Positions 27,878-37,919 of a stretch of 39,673 bases of DNA are shown here, in pieces. The translations under genes were made by a program, and so were the position numbers. The stretch covers positions 1 to 39,673 of the IMG/VR virus record IMGVR_UViG_3300045988_108579, one strand, 5' to 3'. The stretch's first letter is position 1, and each line of letters begins with the position of its first letter. Below the pieces are notes generated by a model. It made no database searches, had not been told where the DNA came from, and saw nothing but the letters and a program-made list of their open reading frames with translations. The stretch comes from a virus.

Positions 27878-30800
27878 GCCTTACGGAAAGAATCTACGGA
27901 AAAGAGACAGCCGGAAAACCGGCTGTCTCTTCGGACACTCAGAAGAACCTGTATACTATGGCGGCGAACAAAAAGCCGTCGCTCGCAAACCGCATTGCGC
28001 AGAACGGCGGGCAGCCGACGCTCTACGCTGACGCCGCAGCAAAGCAGAAGCCGTCGCTTGCAAGCCGCATTGAGGCCAACGGCGGGACGCCATACGCCGA
28101 CGCGGCGGCGCAGATGAAGAGCGGGAATGCGGCGAAGGGCACGAGCGTCGTTTTCAACAGCGTGTACGGCAAGGCGGACGACCGGGCGAGCTCGGCCGGA
28201 TCCGGAAAGTATGCCGATATTCTCAAAGCGAGCGACTATACCGAGCTTTCCAAAAGCGGCGAGAGCAAGAGAAAGCTCTTCGGCGACGCCCGGTATGATT
28301 ACATCAACAACATCGGGAACTTCCGTGCGCAGTCCGACGTGCAGCAGGCGCAGGGGCGCGGGCAGGACTACGGGAAATACGCCTTCATGACCGATGATGA
28401 GATCGGCGTATACAACTACCTCTACGCCAAGCAGGGCAAGAAGGCGGCGAACGCCTATCTGAGCGATCTTGAGCCGGAGCTGGACAAGCAGTGGTACACC
28501 GGAACGAACCGGGCAACGACGGAGGCGCTCGGAAAGAACGCGGCGACGCGGACGCTGGCAAGCGCCATGACCGTTGCGGCGCAGCCTACCCGGACGATCA
28601 CGAGCATGATCGCCATGGCGGACGATGCGGTGCGCACGGCGAAGGGGCAGGAGATCAACCCCTATTCCAAGTGGCGGCAGGCGAGCAACATCACGCAGGA
28701 TCTCCGTGCCGACACCTCGCAGCACATCGAGGAAACGAATCCGGGGATGGGCGGCAAGGTCGGGAGCTTCGTATACAACACCGCGATGAGCGCCGCGGAC
28801 AGCGCGATGAACGCGCTTGTCGCCAAGGGCATCGGCGAGGCGGTGGGGCTTACCGGCGACACGCTGATGAAGGCGACGAACATTCTCGGCTCGGCGCTGA
28901 TGAGCTCGGAGGTGGCTTCTCTGTCCATCGCCGAGAGCAAGGAAAAGGGATACTCCAACGCCGGAGCGCTGGTGCTCGGTCTGACGCGCGGCGCGATCGA
29001 GTACGCTTCGGAGGCGGTCGGCGGCGAATGGGTCATCCGAAAGATCAAGGCAAACCCGCTGAGCTTCGTGAAGAGCATGGCGCTCACGATGATCCCCGAG
29101 GGCATGGAGGAGGTCATGTCGGACGCGGCGAACGGCGTGGTAAACCTTGCGATCGACGCGGCGTTCGGCACGGAAGAGAGCGGGATCCCGAAGATGCTCG
29201 AATACTACCGGACCAGCGGCACGGATTGGCAGAAGAAGCACGCGGAGCTTGCGACCGTGCTTGCCGTTCTCGGACAAGAGGGGCTTTCGTTCCTTGGCGG
29301 CGCGCTGGCAACACTGGGGTCGAGCAGCGTGCAGTACAGCACGAACCGCGCGAACATCAACCAGACAGCCGAGCGGCTGGACACTACACCGAAGAACGTT
29401 GTGCAGATGATGCAGGACGCGCAGACGGAAAACCCCGGCGTTATATACGCGCTGGCCGAGCTGACCGACGCGGAGAACGCCGACGATCTCCGGCAGAAGA
29501 TCGGCACGAAGGAAGATATGAAGCGCGCGGCGGAGTATCTGACGCAGCAGATGGGGGCAGGCGGACGCTCCGGCGCGCAGGAAGGTAATTATACTTCCGG
29601 GGCGCAAAACGCGCCTGTGAGTGCGCAGAGGGCGCAGAACGAAGGAATCAGCACGACGCCTACAGCGGCGATCAACATTCAGGAGGGAATGAACAATGGA
29701 CAGAGTACTTATCAGGGACGAGAAAACGGGTCTTATGATCTCCGTGCCGGCGGACAAGCTGCCGCAGAAGGAGGAGCGCAAGCTCTCGCCGGAGGCCGAG
29801 CGGAAATTCCGGGAGGCGTGGGAGCGGACGCGCAGGCGGATCTACGGAAAGTAACTCCGGCGCAGCTCGGCATCCGAAACGGCGGCACGGAGGCCGTGAC
29901 CGTAGTGGACGCGCGGAAGATCGGCGGGGACGCGGCGAGAGCGTATAATCTTCTCGCGGCGAACAATATAGAGCCGGTCGCGGTGCGCGGAGCCATTCAG
30001 GTGAACAACGGCTACGCGAACGCCTATACCGAGAGCGGGAGGGTGTTCTTCCGCGTGGACGCCGTGGACAGCCGCGGCAACGCCATCAGCCCGGAGGCGC
30101 TGGTGCGGCACGAGCTGTTCCACAACTACATCTCCGAGGAGGTTTTGCAGGCGTCGGACGAGGTGATCCGCGAGAGCATGACCGCCGAGGAATACGACGC
30201 GATGTATGAGAGCTACCGCGACGCCTACGCGAGCATCTACGATTTTGACAACATGAGCGTGGACGAGATCGAGCGGCTGGTCACCGAGGAGATCGCGGCG
30301 GACGCTTACGCGGGGCTGAACTGGTTCTCCGGCGACGCGCCGGTGCAGGAGGCCGTGCGCGCCGAGACAGAAAGAAACGCCCCGGCCCGGAGGGAAGAGG
30401 CGCAGCAGGAGACGACGGGACCGCCGGAAGGACAGGGCGCTGTATACATTGAAAAGTCAAAGTCGGCGTTGGAATCAAATCCAAACAGCAACGCCTATGT
30501 TCTGGCGAGCAGCATACCGCTTCTGCAAAATTCGGAAGTCGTAAAGCACCTTACGGGGGAAGAATTGAATGATGCGTCGAAACCGTTGGATCAACAGATT
30601 TCTGATTTGTTCGCGTCTGTGGGGAACGTCGCGCACCGCGAAGGATTCGGCAAAGTGGAGCTGAACCGCTACGGAGTTGACGGAATTATAAACCACAAAC
30701 CGAACCGGTCAAAGGTGCTGGGCGTTGCAGCGATAAAGGAAGTAATCGAAAAAGGCTACATCATCAAGACGAATCTGAATTGGAAAGGACGAGGGTACGA

Positions 30801-33800
30801 CAGCTACATGATTGCTGCTCCGGTAGGATTGGGAGACGCAACCGTTTATGTAGCCGCTGTAGTAAACCGAGATCAGGGAACAAACAAGTTCTATCTGGAC
30901 GAAGTTGTTGATCAGGACGGAAACTACATAAACATAAAGAACGAAGCCCCCGGCAACACAAAAACTGGGGTTACCGTTCAAGACGGGGTCACCAGAGGGC
31001 CGAAGGCTTCGTCTGATGCTATTGTACACTCTGATACCGGGAATAGTCAAGAAAAATCTTCCGGCAAAGCGAGTGTAGAGGTATCCGGGATCAACAACCG
31101 CACAGCCGCGGAGCTCCGGCGCGAGTATGAGCGACGGATGCAAGAGTACCAGAAGGCGACGCAGCGGGACGACCCGAACTTCCCGTATATCGACGAGATG
31201 AAGTGGATGCAGGCGGCGGAGAGACGGCTCGCGGAGCTGGGCGACGGGAAGCACAGGCGCAGGACGGTAGGAAGCACGAAGCGCGACATTATGCAGCTGT
31301 TCAGCACGGACCGGGCGAACCGCACGGACGTGGAGCGGGTACTCAACCGGAACATCGGAGAGATGATGGCGCAGGGCGAGATCCGAGGCGACGCGCTGGA
31401 CACGCTTGTAAACGAGCTGCTGCAGGCCGGAAGTGTTGTGTCCTCCTCGAAAAACAGCCCGTGGATCGATGAGACCTACGAGAGCATCCGGAGCGATCTG
31501 AAGGGCGGCAAGCTCTATGTATCGAAGGATATGTGGCGCGATTTCAGCAAAGACGAGGCGCGGGAGCTGCGAGAGCGGGCAAGGGCGGCAGGGATCACGC
31601 TTTCCGATAACCGGAGATACACGCCGCCGGATGTGCGGAATATAGAGCTTGCCGAGAAATACGGCGAGGCGCTTTTCCCGACGGATATTTCCGCGCCGGA
31701 TATGCTGCGAAATATCATCTACTGCGCCGAGCAGGGAGCGAACGAGAAGCAGACGCTCGCGGATCGGCTGTGGGACGAGGCGCAGCAGGAGGGGCTCGGC
31801 GAGGCAAGAGAACACGCCTACGAGAGAATGGTGAACGATCTGCGGGATAAAACGGAGGTCATACTGCGCGAATTTGCCGAGGACAATCATCTGAAGCTGA
31901 AGGAGCAGACAAAGACCGAAGCAAAGCCTGTATCCTACTTCGACCTGAAGAAAGCGCCGGCCAAGGAGTTTGACCGCAAAAAAGGCGACTACAACATCAT
32001 CGGCGAGATCGGCTCCTACACAAAGGAGATCGCGGAGCTGGAAAACGCGCTCGAAACGGAAAACCGGTATGTGATCTCCGAAGGCGAGGCGAGATATGAG
32101 GCACGCATCGAAGAGAAAAACGGCGTGCTGTATGCCTCTGTCTGGAAGAACGGCGAGCGCCTCGCCGGCGCGTCAAGCCGGAAGCGGAAAAACCTCCCGA
32201 ACTGGGCGGCGATGGAGATCCGAAAGGACGTAGGCGCACGGATCATGTTCCATCCGGGCCTTGAAAACCGGGGCGAGAGCTACAACGCCGATCTCAAGGC
32301 CGCCGAGGAAGCCGGGTATCCGGTGTTCGAGAAGAAGAACGGCGAGAAGGTCCAGACCGTGCCGTTCTGGACGTGGCTGAAAAGCAAGGAGTATGGAAAC
32401 TACGGACTGGTCATCGACAAGACCAATGCGCAGGACGCGGACGGGAATCCCATTGTATTCGCGTACTACTTCAACAAGAAAAAAGGCACCGGAAAGGTCG
32501 TGATGGAGAGCAGGGAAACGGCTTACGTCGTGGACGGCAAATATTCAGACCCGGATGCTGCGGAAAAAAGAGCCGCCCGGATGAAGGACGAAGAGTCTGA
32601 GGCGATGCGCGCCGAGGAGCGCGAGGCGCTGTGGAGAGAGACGCAGAAGGGCTCGCCGTTTGAAGCGCAGCCGAACGCCACGACGGACACCAGAGAGCGG
32701 GTCACGAAAGCGACGTCGGCGGGCGTGCAGCGGCTCTTCCAGCAACTCATCTCCAAGGGAAAAACCGAGGTATCCACACAGGGAGAGAGCGGGATCCGGA
32801 CGTACACCGCGAAGATGAACACGAACGGCGTGGAGTACTGGGTCGATATCTCCGACGGCCGGCAGGACGTGCAGCGGTTCCGGGAATTTGAAAAGGAAAA
32901 GGCCGCGCAGCTCGCCGCGGAGTGGATGGACAAGGAGGCCAACCGCGCGTACACCGCCGCGAACGAGAAGCGAGCCGAGGCGAGACGGGCGGAGCTGAGC
33001 GCGGAGGAGAACGCGAAGATCGCCGAGTTGTTCGGAAATACCGAAGAACTCAAGACGGCGGAAACGCCGGAGGACGCGCCGAGCCCCGGCGAAACGGCGG
33101 AGAGCCGCGTCACGGACGAGATCGTAAAGGCGGAAAAGGGCTTCCGCGAAAGTCTTGCAGACGTCACGCACGGAGCTATGCGTATGTTTGTAAACGCTGG
33201 GGAGACGGTGCGCCGGATCTCCAAGCAGACGAAGAACAAGAGCCTGGAGGGGTACTACTTCAACGCCGGGGCGTACTCCCAGCGGGCGGGAAACTGGATC
33301 GCCAAGGGCGGCGCGCGCACCGACATCAGCGGGCACAAGACCGGCGAAAGCCTTATGGACATTCTCGGGGATATCATGAAAACCCCGGAAAAGTACAAGG
33401 ACTTTCAGCTGATGCTCCTGCACCGGAACAACGTGGACCGCATGCGGTACGACAGCACGGAAGAGGTCCAGAATCTCACGAAGTGCGTGACGACGATCGA
33501 AGATCTCTACCCGAAGCTGCGCGGGCTGGACAACGACTATCTCTACCAAACCGCCGTTCCGGGAGACAAGCGGGATATGCTTTCGAGAGAATGGAAAGAG
33601 ACGGTGCTCGATGAGCTTCTCAACGGCGAGATGCCGGAGATCGCGGATATATCCGAGGCGGCGCAGATGCTCATCTTCACGCGGCAGAAAATCAGCGAGG
33701 CGAAAAAGAACGGGCTGAAACCGGTGTTCGGATACGAGGTCACGGCCTACGATAGCCAGCTGGAGGCCGAACGGCTGCTGAAAGCCAACCCGGAGTTTGA

Positions 33801-36564
33801 CGCTCTCGCAAAGAGGGTGTATGCCTATTTCGACGATCTTCTGCAGTACCGCATCGACGCCGGACTCGACACACAGAAGCATGTGGACGCGATGAAGAAA
33901 CGGTACCCGAACTATGTGCCGACGATGCGCGTGGAGGGCACCGAGGGAAAGACGGCGCGGCGGGCGCGGAGAAACGGCGGCATCGTTGTATCGAACGCCA
34001 TCGGACGCGCCGTGGGCGGTGACGCCGTCATCATGCCGCTGCACACGGCGATGAGCCGAAAGACGGTGGCGGTGATGAAAAACGCCGGTCTCAACCAATT
34101 CGGCGAGCAGCTTGTGCAGTCTTGGAACCAGGACAAAAGCATTCCGGGCGTGAACAAGGTGGAGCTGCTGGACTATTCCTCGACCGATCAGTATGTGGAC
34201 AGCGAAGAGCTGTATGTGCCTGTCACAAACAATGTTTTTTCCGTTCTGCGCGGGAATGACCGGTACAACATCACGATGGACGAGGGGCTGGCACAGGCGC
34301 TGAATGCATTTCAGCCGGACAAATACGCCAATTCCGACATTGCGAAGCTGCTGAAGAAGGGCAACGACCTCTTCAAGGCGCTATGCACCGGGTACAACCC
34401 GTTCTTCATGATCCGCAACGGCGTGCGAGACTGGCAGGACGCCGGATTCTACTCCACGGACTGGAAGACGTGGGAAAAGATGTACTGGAGCGCATGGAAC
34501 CAAATCCGAAAAAACGGCGAGATCTGGCAGCAGTACAAGGCGCTGGGCGGCTCCTACGCCTCCATGCTGGACTACACGACCGGCATGGTGAAGGAGCCGA
34601 AGAACGCGCTGGGTAAAGCTGCGGCACGGTATGAGAGCTTTGGACAGGCCATCGAAGCGGCGCCCCGTCTTGCGGAGTTTATGACCATCCTTGCCAACAA
34701 GGGCGGGAGCAAGACGGTGGACGGAGTGAAAACCGGGAAGTTCACGCAGAGCGATCTCATGGAGGCGATGCTCGGCGCGGCGGACATCACGACGAACTTT
34801 GCCCGCGGCGGCAGCGTCACCAAGGCACTCAACCGGTATCTCGTGCCGTTCCTCAACCCGTCCGTGCAGGGCTTTGATAAGTTTATCCGGAACGCTACGG
34901 AGACGCGCAGCGTGAAGGCGGCGGCGTCACTCATTCTGAAAGCAGCGCTCATCAATCTGCCGCCGCTGCTGCTGAACGGCCTTATGCACGGAGACGATGA
35001 CGACTGGGACGATATTCCGGCCAACACGAAGGCAAACTATTATCTTATCAACGCCGGAAAATTGTTCGGCAATGGGTACTGGATCAAGATACCAAAGGGG
35101 CGCGCTATCGCCGTACTGAGCACTGCCGCTGTGTACACGCAGGAAAAGCAGAAGGGCGAGGACGTGAAGTTCTCCGACGTGTTCGAGGTCATCAAGAGCA
35201 ACATTGCTCCCACGGACATTTTCAACCAGAATATTGCTACCGCGTGGACGCAGGCAAAGCTCACGAACCCGGACAACCCCGGCACGACGTGGTACGGCGG
35301 GAACATCGAGAGCGACCGTCTGCAAAACTACCGACCGGAGGACCGGTACGACGAGAAAACGGACGAGCTCTCCAAGGCTATCGGAAAGCTGTTCAAGGTG
35401 TCGCCGAAAAAGGTCAACTATCTGCTCGATCAGTATTCCGGCGTGATCGGCGACATTCTGCTCCCACTGATTACTCCGGCAACGAAGTCGAGCCACTGGC
35501 TGCTCGCGGCGCCGCAGGCAGCGTTCACCATCGACACCACGAGCACCAACAAGACCACCGGCGAGTACTACGATCTTCTGGACGATCTCAAGTACGACGC
35601 GAACGACGGCGACATCGGAGCGGGCATCACGCGGAAATACGTTTCTCATGCCGGCGACGAGGTGAACGACTACTACCAGCAGATCCGCGCGATCCAGAAC
35701 GACAAGAGCCTTTCGGACGGCGAGAAGAACCGGATTGTCCGGGCACTGAAAACGCAGCTCATCGAGCGGCAGAAGGAGATCATCGCGCAGGCCGAGCCGT
35801 ACCGCGAGGCGGTGAACGACTATCTAAAGGCACACCCGGAGCTCTCGACAGACAACGACGCGGCCATCGCCGAGTACGCCGAGCAGTATGAGATCACCGA
35901 GGACCAGGCGGAGAGCCGCATGGACGCCATCGTATACCGCGAAGCAAACCGCGAGGTATTCGGCGCGGAGTATGCGCTGCGCACCTACAACGCGGACGTC
36001 TATGACAAGGCCCGCGCCGCGTATACCAAGGGCGTTTCCTACGACACCTACTACGACTACTACTTTGCCACAAAGGAGATGCACGCCGACAAGGACGAGA
36101 ACGGCAAGAGCATTTCCGGATCGAAGAAGGCAAAGGTTGTTGAGTACATCAACAGCCTGGACATTCCGCCGGAGCAGAAGGACGCTCTTTACGTTGCGGC
36201 CGGGTACACCGCGAAGAGCGCGAGGAATCAGAAGTGGAACGGAGGTTCGGGCGGCTCCGGAGGCCGGCGCGGGAGAGAAAAGAGGACGGCGCTCAAGGCC
36301 CCGACGCCGAAAGTGCCGGAGATCATCATCCCGAGGCCCGGCACGGCATCCTCCGCGAAGGCGGGCGGAACGTCCAAAACGCCGAAGGTGAGCGGGAACG
36401 TGATCGCGGACTTCACGAAGACGGCGAGCGGGACGGACATTCAGAAAGCCGTGACGCAGGCAAAGAGGAAGGCGCTCAAGGCAGGGAACCGGACGGTGTA
36501 CGTTGAGGAGGGCAGCCCGATCGACTACTTCCTCAAGTACGGCAAGCTGCCGAGCTTGAAGTAA
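27874..36564 (+). CDS. Giant (2896 aa) multidomain polyvalent-type virion protein with an HExxH metallopeptidase-like motif.
   Basis: Uninterrupted ORF, ATGA-coupled to the upstream gene. HELFH lies at 30109..30123. There is an N-terminal tandem repeat (27970..28110), a low-GC domain cassette (about 30440..31090) and a long conserved-looking C-terminal region (NPFFMIRNGVRDWQDA...). Confidence 0.6.
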   Translation: MSLTERIYGKETAGKPAVSSDTQKNLYTMAANKKPSLANRIAQNGGQPTLYADAAAKQKPSLASRIEANGGTPYADAAAQMKSGNAAKGTSVVFNSVYGKADDRASSAGSGKYADILKASDYTELSKSGESKRKLFGDARYDYINNIGNFRAQSDVQQAQGRGQDYGKYAFMTDDEIGVYNYLYAKQGKKAANAYLSDLEPELDKQWYTGTNRATTEALGKNAATRTLASAMTVAAQPTRTITSMIAMADDAVRTAKGQEINPYSKWRQASNITQDLRADTSQHIEETNPGMGGKVGSFVYNTAMSAADSAMNALVAKGIGEAVGLTGDTLMKATNILGSALMSSEVASLSIAESKEKGYSNAGALVLGLTRGAIEYASEAVGGEWVIRKIKANPLSFVKSMALTMIPEGMEEVMSDAANGVVNLAIDAAFGTEESGIPKMLEYYRTSGTDWQKKHAELATVLAVLGQEGLSFLGGALATLGSSSVQYSTNRANINQTAERLDTTPKNVVQMMQDAQTENPGVIYALAELTDAENADDLRQKIGTKEDMKRAAEYLTQQMGAGGRSGAQEGNYTSGAQNAPVSAQRAQNEGISTTPTAAINIQEGMNNGQSTYQGRENGSYDLRAGGQAAAEGGAQALAGGRAEIPGGVGADAQADLRKVTPAQLGIRNGGTEAVTVVDARKIGGDAARAYNLLAANNIEPVAVRGAIQVNNGYANAYTESGRVFFRVDAVDSRGNAISPEALVRHELFHNYISEEVLQASDEVIRESMTAEEYDAMYESYRDAYASIYDFDNMSVDEIERLVTEEIAADAYAGLNWFSGDAPVQEAVRAETERNAPARREEAQQETTGPPEGQGAVYIEKSKSALESNPNSNAYVLASSIPLLQNSEVVKHLTGEELNDASKPLDQQISDLFASVGNVAHREGFGKVELNRYGVDGIINHKPNRSKVLGVAAIKEVIEKGYIIKTNLNWKGRGYDSYMIAAPVGLGDATVYVAAVVNRDQGTNKFYLDEVVDQDGNYINIKNEAPGNTKTGVTVQDGVTRGPKASSDAIVHSDTGNSQEKSSGKASVEVSGINNRTAAELRREYERRMQEYQKATQRDDPNFPYIDEMKWMQAAERRLAELGDGKHRRRTVGSTKRDIMQLFSTDRANRTDVERVLNRNIGEMMAQGEIRGDALDTLVNELLQAGSVVSSSKNSPWIDETYESIRSDLKGGKLYVSKDMWRDFSKDEARELRERARAAGITLSDNRRYTPPDVRNIELAEKYGEALFPTDISAPDMLRNIIYCAEQGANEKQTLADRLWDEAQQEGLGEAREHAYERMVNDLRDKTEVILREFAEDNHLKLKEQTKTEAKPVSYFDLKKAPAKEFDRKKGDYNIIGEIGSYTKEIAELENALETENRYVISEGEARYEARIEEKNGVLYASVWKNGERLAGASSRKRKNLPNWAAMEIRKDVGARIMFHPGLENRGESYNADLKAAEEAGYPVFEKKNGEKVQTVPFWTWLKSKEYGNYGLVIDKTNAQDADGNPIVFAYYFNKKKGTGKVVMESRETAYVVDGKYSDPDAAEKRAARMKDEESEAMRAEEREALWRETQKGSPFEAQPNATTDTRERVTKATSAGVQRLFQQLISKGKTEVSTQGESGIRTYTAKMNTNGVEYWVDISDGRQDVQRFREFEKEKAAQLAAEWMDKEANRAYTAANEKRAEARRAELSAEENAKIAELFGNTEELKTAETPEDAPSPGETAESRVTDEIVKAEKGFRESLADVTHGAMRMFVNAGETVRRISKQTKNKSLEGYYFNAGAYSQRAGNWIAKGGARTDISGHKTGESLMDILGDIMKTPEKYKDFQLMLLHRNNVDRMRYDSTEEVQNLTKCVTTIEDLYPKLRGLDNDYLYQTAVPGDKRDMLSREWKETVLDELLNGEMPEIADISEAAQMLIFTRQKISEAKKNGLKPVFGYEVTAYDSQLEAERLLKANPEFDALAKRVYAYFDDLLQYRIDAGLDTQKHVDAMKKRYPNYVPTMRVEGTEGKTARRARRNGGIVVSNAIGRAVGGDAVIMPLHTAMSRKTVAVMKNAGLNQFGEQLVQSWNQDKSIPGVNKVELLDYSSTDQYVDSEELYVPVTNNVFSVLRGNDRYNITMDEGLAQALNAFQPDKYANSDIAKLLKKGNDLFKALCTGYNPFFMIRNGVRDWQDAGFYSTDWKTWEKMYWSAWNQIRKNGEIWQQYKALGGSYASMLDYTTGMVKEPKNALGKAAARYESFGQAIEAAPRLAEFMTILANKGGSKTVDGVKTGKFTQSDLMEAMLGAADITTNFARGGSVTKALNRYLVPFLNPSVQGFDKFIRNATETRSVKAAASLILKAALINLPPLLLNGLMHGDDDDWDDIPANTKANYYLINAGKLFGNGYWIKIPKGRAIAVLSTAAVYTQEKQKGEDVKFSDVFEVIKSNIAPTDIFNQNIATAWTQAKLTNPDNPGTTWYGGNIESDRLQNYRPEDRYDEKTDELSKAIGKLFKVSPKKVNYLLDQYSGVIGDILLPLITPATKSSHWLLAAPQAAFTIDTTSTNKTTGEYYDLLDDLKYDANDGDIGAGITRKYVSHAGDEVNDYYQQIRAIQNDKSLSDGEKNRIVRALKTQLIERQKEIIAQAEPYREAVNDYLKAHPELSTDNDAAIAEYAEQYEITEDQAESRMDAIVYREANREVFGAEYALRTYNADVYDKARAAYTKGVSYDTYYDYYFATKEMHADKDENGKSISGSKKAKVVEYINSLDIPPEQKDALYVAAGYTAKSARNQKWNGGSGGSGGRRGREKRTALKAPTPKVPEIIIPRPGTASSAKAGGTSKTPKVSGNVIADFTKTASGTDIQKAVTQAKRKALKAGNRTVYVEEGSPIDYFLKYGKLPSLK

Positions 36565-36569
36565 AAAAA

Positions 36570-36589
36570 GGCTCCCCGAAAGGGGAGCC
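36570..36589 (+). terminator. Hairpin after the giant gene, resembling hairpin 2 of the repeat family. Terminator function is uncertain.
   Basis: GGCTCCCC-gaaa-GGGGAGCC, preceded by A7. No T-run follows on the plus strand. Confidence 0.35.
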
Positions 36590-36666
36590 GGACAAAGCGC
36601 AGAAAACGCGCCTTGTGACGCTTGCAGCGTGTGCCACCACGGGCGCTCCGAAAGAAAGGAGCGGCT

Positions 36667-36864
36667 ATGCAGTTAAGCGATCTTACGCGGCCGGAGGCGG
36701 AATATTTCCGGCAGGAATGCAATTTCACGCCGACAGAGCGCAGGGTCTTTGATCTCCGGGTATCGGACAAAAGCATCGTCGAGGTGTGCATGGCATTGAG
36801 CCTGTCCGAATCGGCGGTGAACCGGAAGATCCGGTGCATCAAGGCTAAAATGGCGAGAGTTTAG
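36667..36864 (+). CDS. Sigma-70 region-4 / LuxR-type small HTH protein.
   Basis: ATG 36667 follows GAAAGGAG. FTPTERRVFDLRVSDKSIVEVCMALSLSESAVNRKIRCIKAKM is a region-4-like HTH. Confidence 0.6.
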   Translation: MQLSDLTRPEAEYFRQECNFTPTERRVFDLRVSDKSIVEVCMALSLSESAVNRKIRCIKAKMARV

Positions 36865-36884
36865 CGACAGTTTCCCGCAGCGAA

Positions 36885-36920
36885 AGAGGGAGCTTCCCGA
36901 CAGGGCGGCTCTCTCTTTTT
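36885..36920 (+). terminator. Probable rho-independent terminator.
   Basis: 9-bp stem AGAGGGAGC/GCTCTCTCT with one G-U pair, followed by TTTTTA. Confidence 0.45.
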
Positions 36921-36980
36921 ATGCGATGATTTCTTTAGACACCGGAGCGCTACGGTGGAAATTTTTAAGGAGGAATCATC

Positions 36981-37520
36981 ATGGAATACGCATCGAAAGC
37001 CACGGGCGGGACCGCCCTCGGTCTCGGCATCGCCGGTACTGCCGGCTGGCTGCTCAACGGCGGTCTCGGCAATCTCTTCGGCGGTCTCGGCGGTAACGGC
37101 GTGGTAGCTCCCGCCGTCGCCGGTCTCGCCGCGGGCATGGCGAGCCAGAAGTGCGGCGACGACGCCAACGTCTCCCGCTATGAGCTCAACCAGACCCAGA
37201 CCATCGCGCAGAAGGACATGGAGATCGCCTACTGGCGAGGACAGGACGAGACAAACCGCAAGATCTCGGACGCCTACACCAAACTTGAGAACCGCATTCT
37301 CGGCCTTGCCGGCGAGGTGCGCGCGAACAAGGAAGAGCAGGCCGCTCTGAATCTCCAGCAGGCCGTCTACAACGGCACGAACACCGCCGCTGTCGGCTGC
37401 ATCCAGGGGCAGATCGCGCAGCTCCAGAGCCTCACGAAGCTCATTGTTCCGAACAGCTCCTGCTGCCCGGGCTGGGGCGAAGTGACCGTCAAACCGGCGA
37501 CCACGACCGCGGGCACCTGA
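36981..37520 (+). CDS. Glycine-zipper plus coiled-coil protein, function unknown.
   Basis: Strong RBS AAGGAGG. The N-terminus is GGTALGLGIAGTAGWLLNGGLGNLFGGLGGNGVVAPAVAGLAAGMA, followed by a coiled coil and a C-terminal CCPGWG. Confidence 0.6.
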   Translation: MEYASKATGGTALGLGIAGTAGWLLNGGLGNLFGGLGGNGVVAPAVAGLAAGMASQKCGDDANVSRYELNQTQTIAQKDMEIAYWRGQDETNRKISDAYTKLENRILGLAGEVRANKEEQAALNLQQAVYNGTNTAAVGCIQGQIAQLQSLTKLIVPNSSCCPGWGEVTVKPATTTAGT

Positions 37521-37582
37521 CACATCGCCGGGCGGGGGAGGTGACATTCCCTCCCCTGCCTGATCTATAAGGAGGATTCAAC

Positions 37583-37918
37583 ATGATTTCATATACAGAG
37601 CTTCAGACGCGCCTTGCGCGGTTTGTCGATGCGGAGATGCTGCCGCACATGACCGGCGGGAAGCGGATCCTGCTCGGCGGATACGCGGCGCTGGCCACAA
37701 AGAACGCCGCCGGTATGCTGCAGAGCGCGAAGGACAAGCCGCTCGTTGCCATGACCGGCGCGGTGTCCGAAGAAGGCGTCGATGTTGACGCGCTCTTTTC
37801 CGCCGTCAGTCCGTACATCAACGAACCGGTGACGCTATCGCTTCCCGTCGTCGGTGACTTCCGGCTGGACCGGAGCGACTTTGAGAAGCTGTACCGCTAT
37901 CTGAAAGGAGAATTGTGA
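37583..37918 (+). CDS. Hypothetical protein.
   Basis: Strong RBS AAGGAGG. 111 aa, no motif recognised. Confidence 0.6.
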   Translation: MISYTELQTRLARFVDAEMLPHMTGGKRILLGGYAALATKNAAGMLQSAKDKPLVAMTGAVSEEGVDVDALFSAVSPYINEPVTLSLPVVGDFRLDRSDFEKLYRYLKGEL

Positions 37919-37919
37919 G

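Noticed and set aside
27847-29781. 644-aa minus-strand ORF. Similar long antisense ORFs lie at 32545..34098, 30709..31890, 22164..23144, 16940..18148, 15233..16387, 13227..14192 and 8635..9747.
   Set aside because: All lie opposite strongly supported plus-strand genes. All have Arg/Pro/Leu-biased composition and lack start-site signals. They are treated as GC-driven artefacts.
27874-36564. The giant ORF as a tape measure protein.
   Set aside because: There is no adjacent tail tube, sheath or chaperone frameshift pair. It follows the portal rather than tail genes. It contains an enzyme-like HExxH motif and globular domains rather than a uniform helical ruler.
36570-36589. GGCTCCCC-gaaa-GGGGAGCC hairpin as an eighth member of the repeat family.
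   Set aside because: It resembles only hairpin 2. It lacks the CCCTC leader and hairpin 1. It is listed as a possible terminator-like hairpin, not counted in the family.
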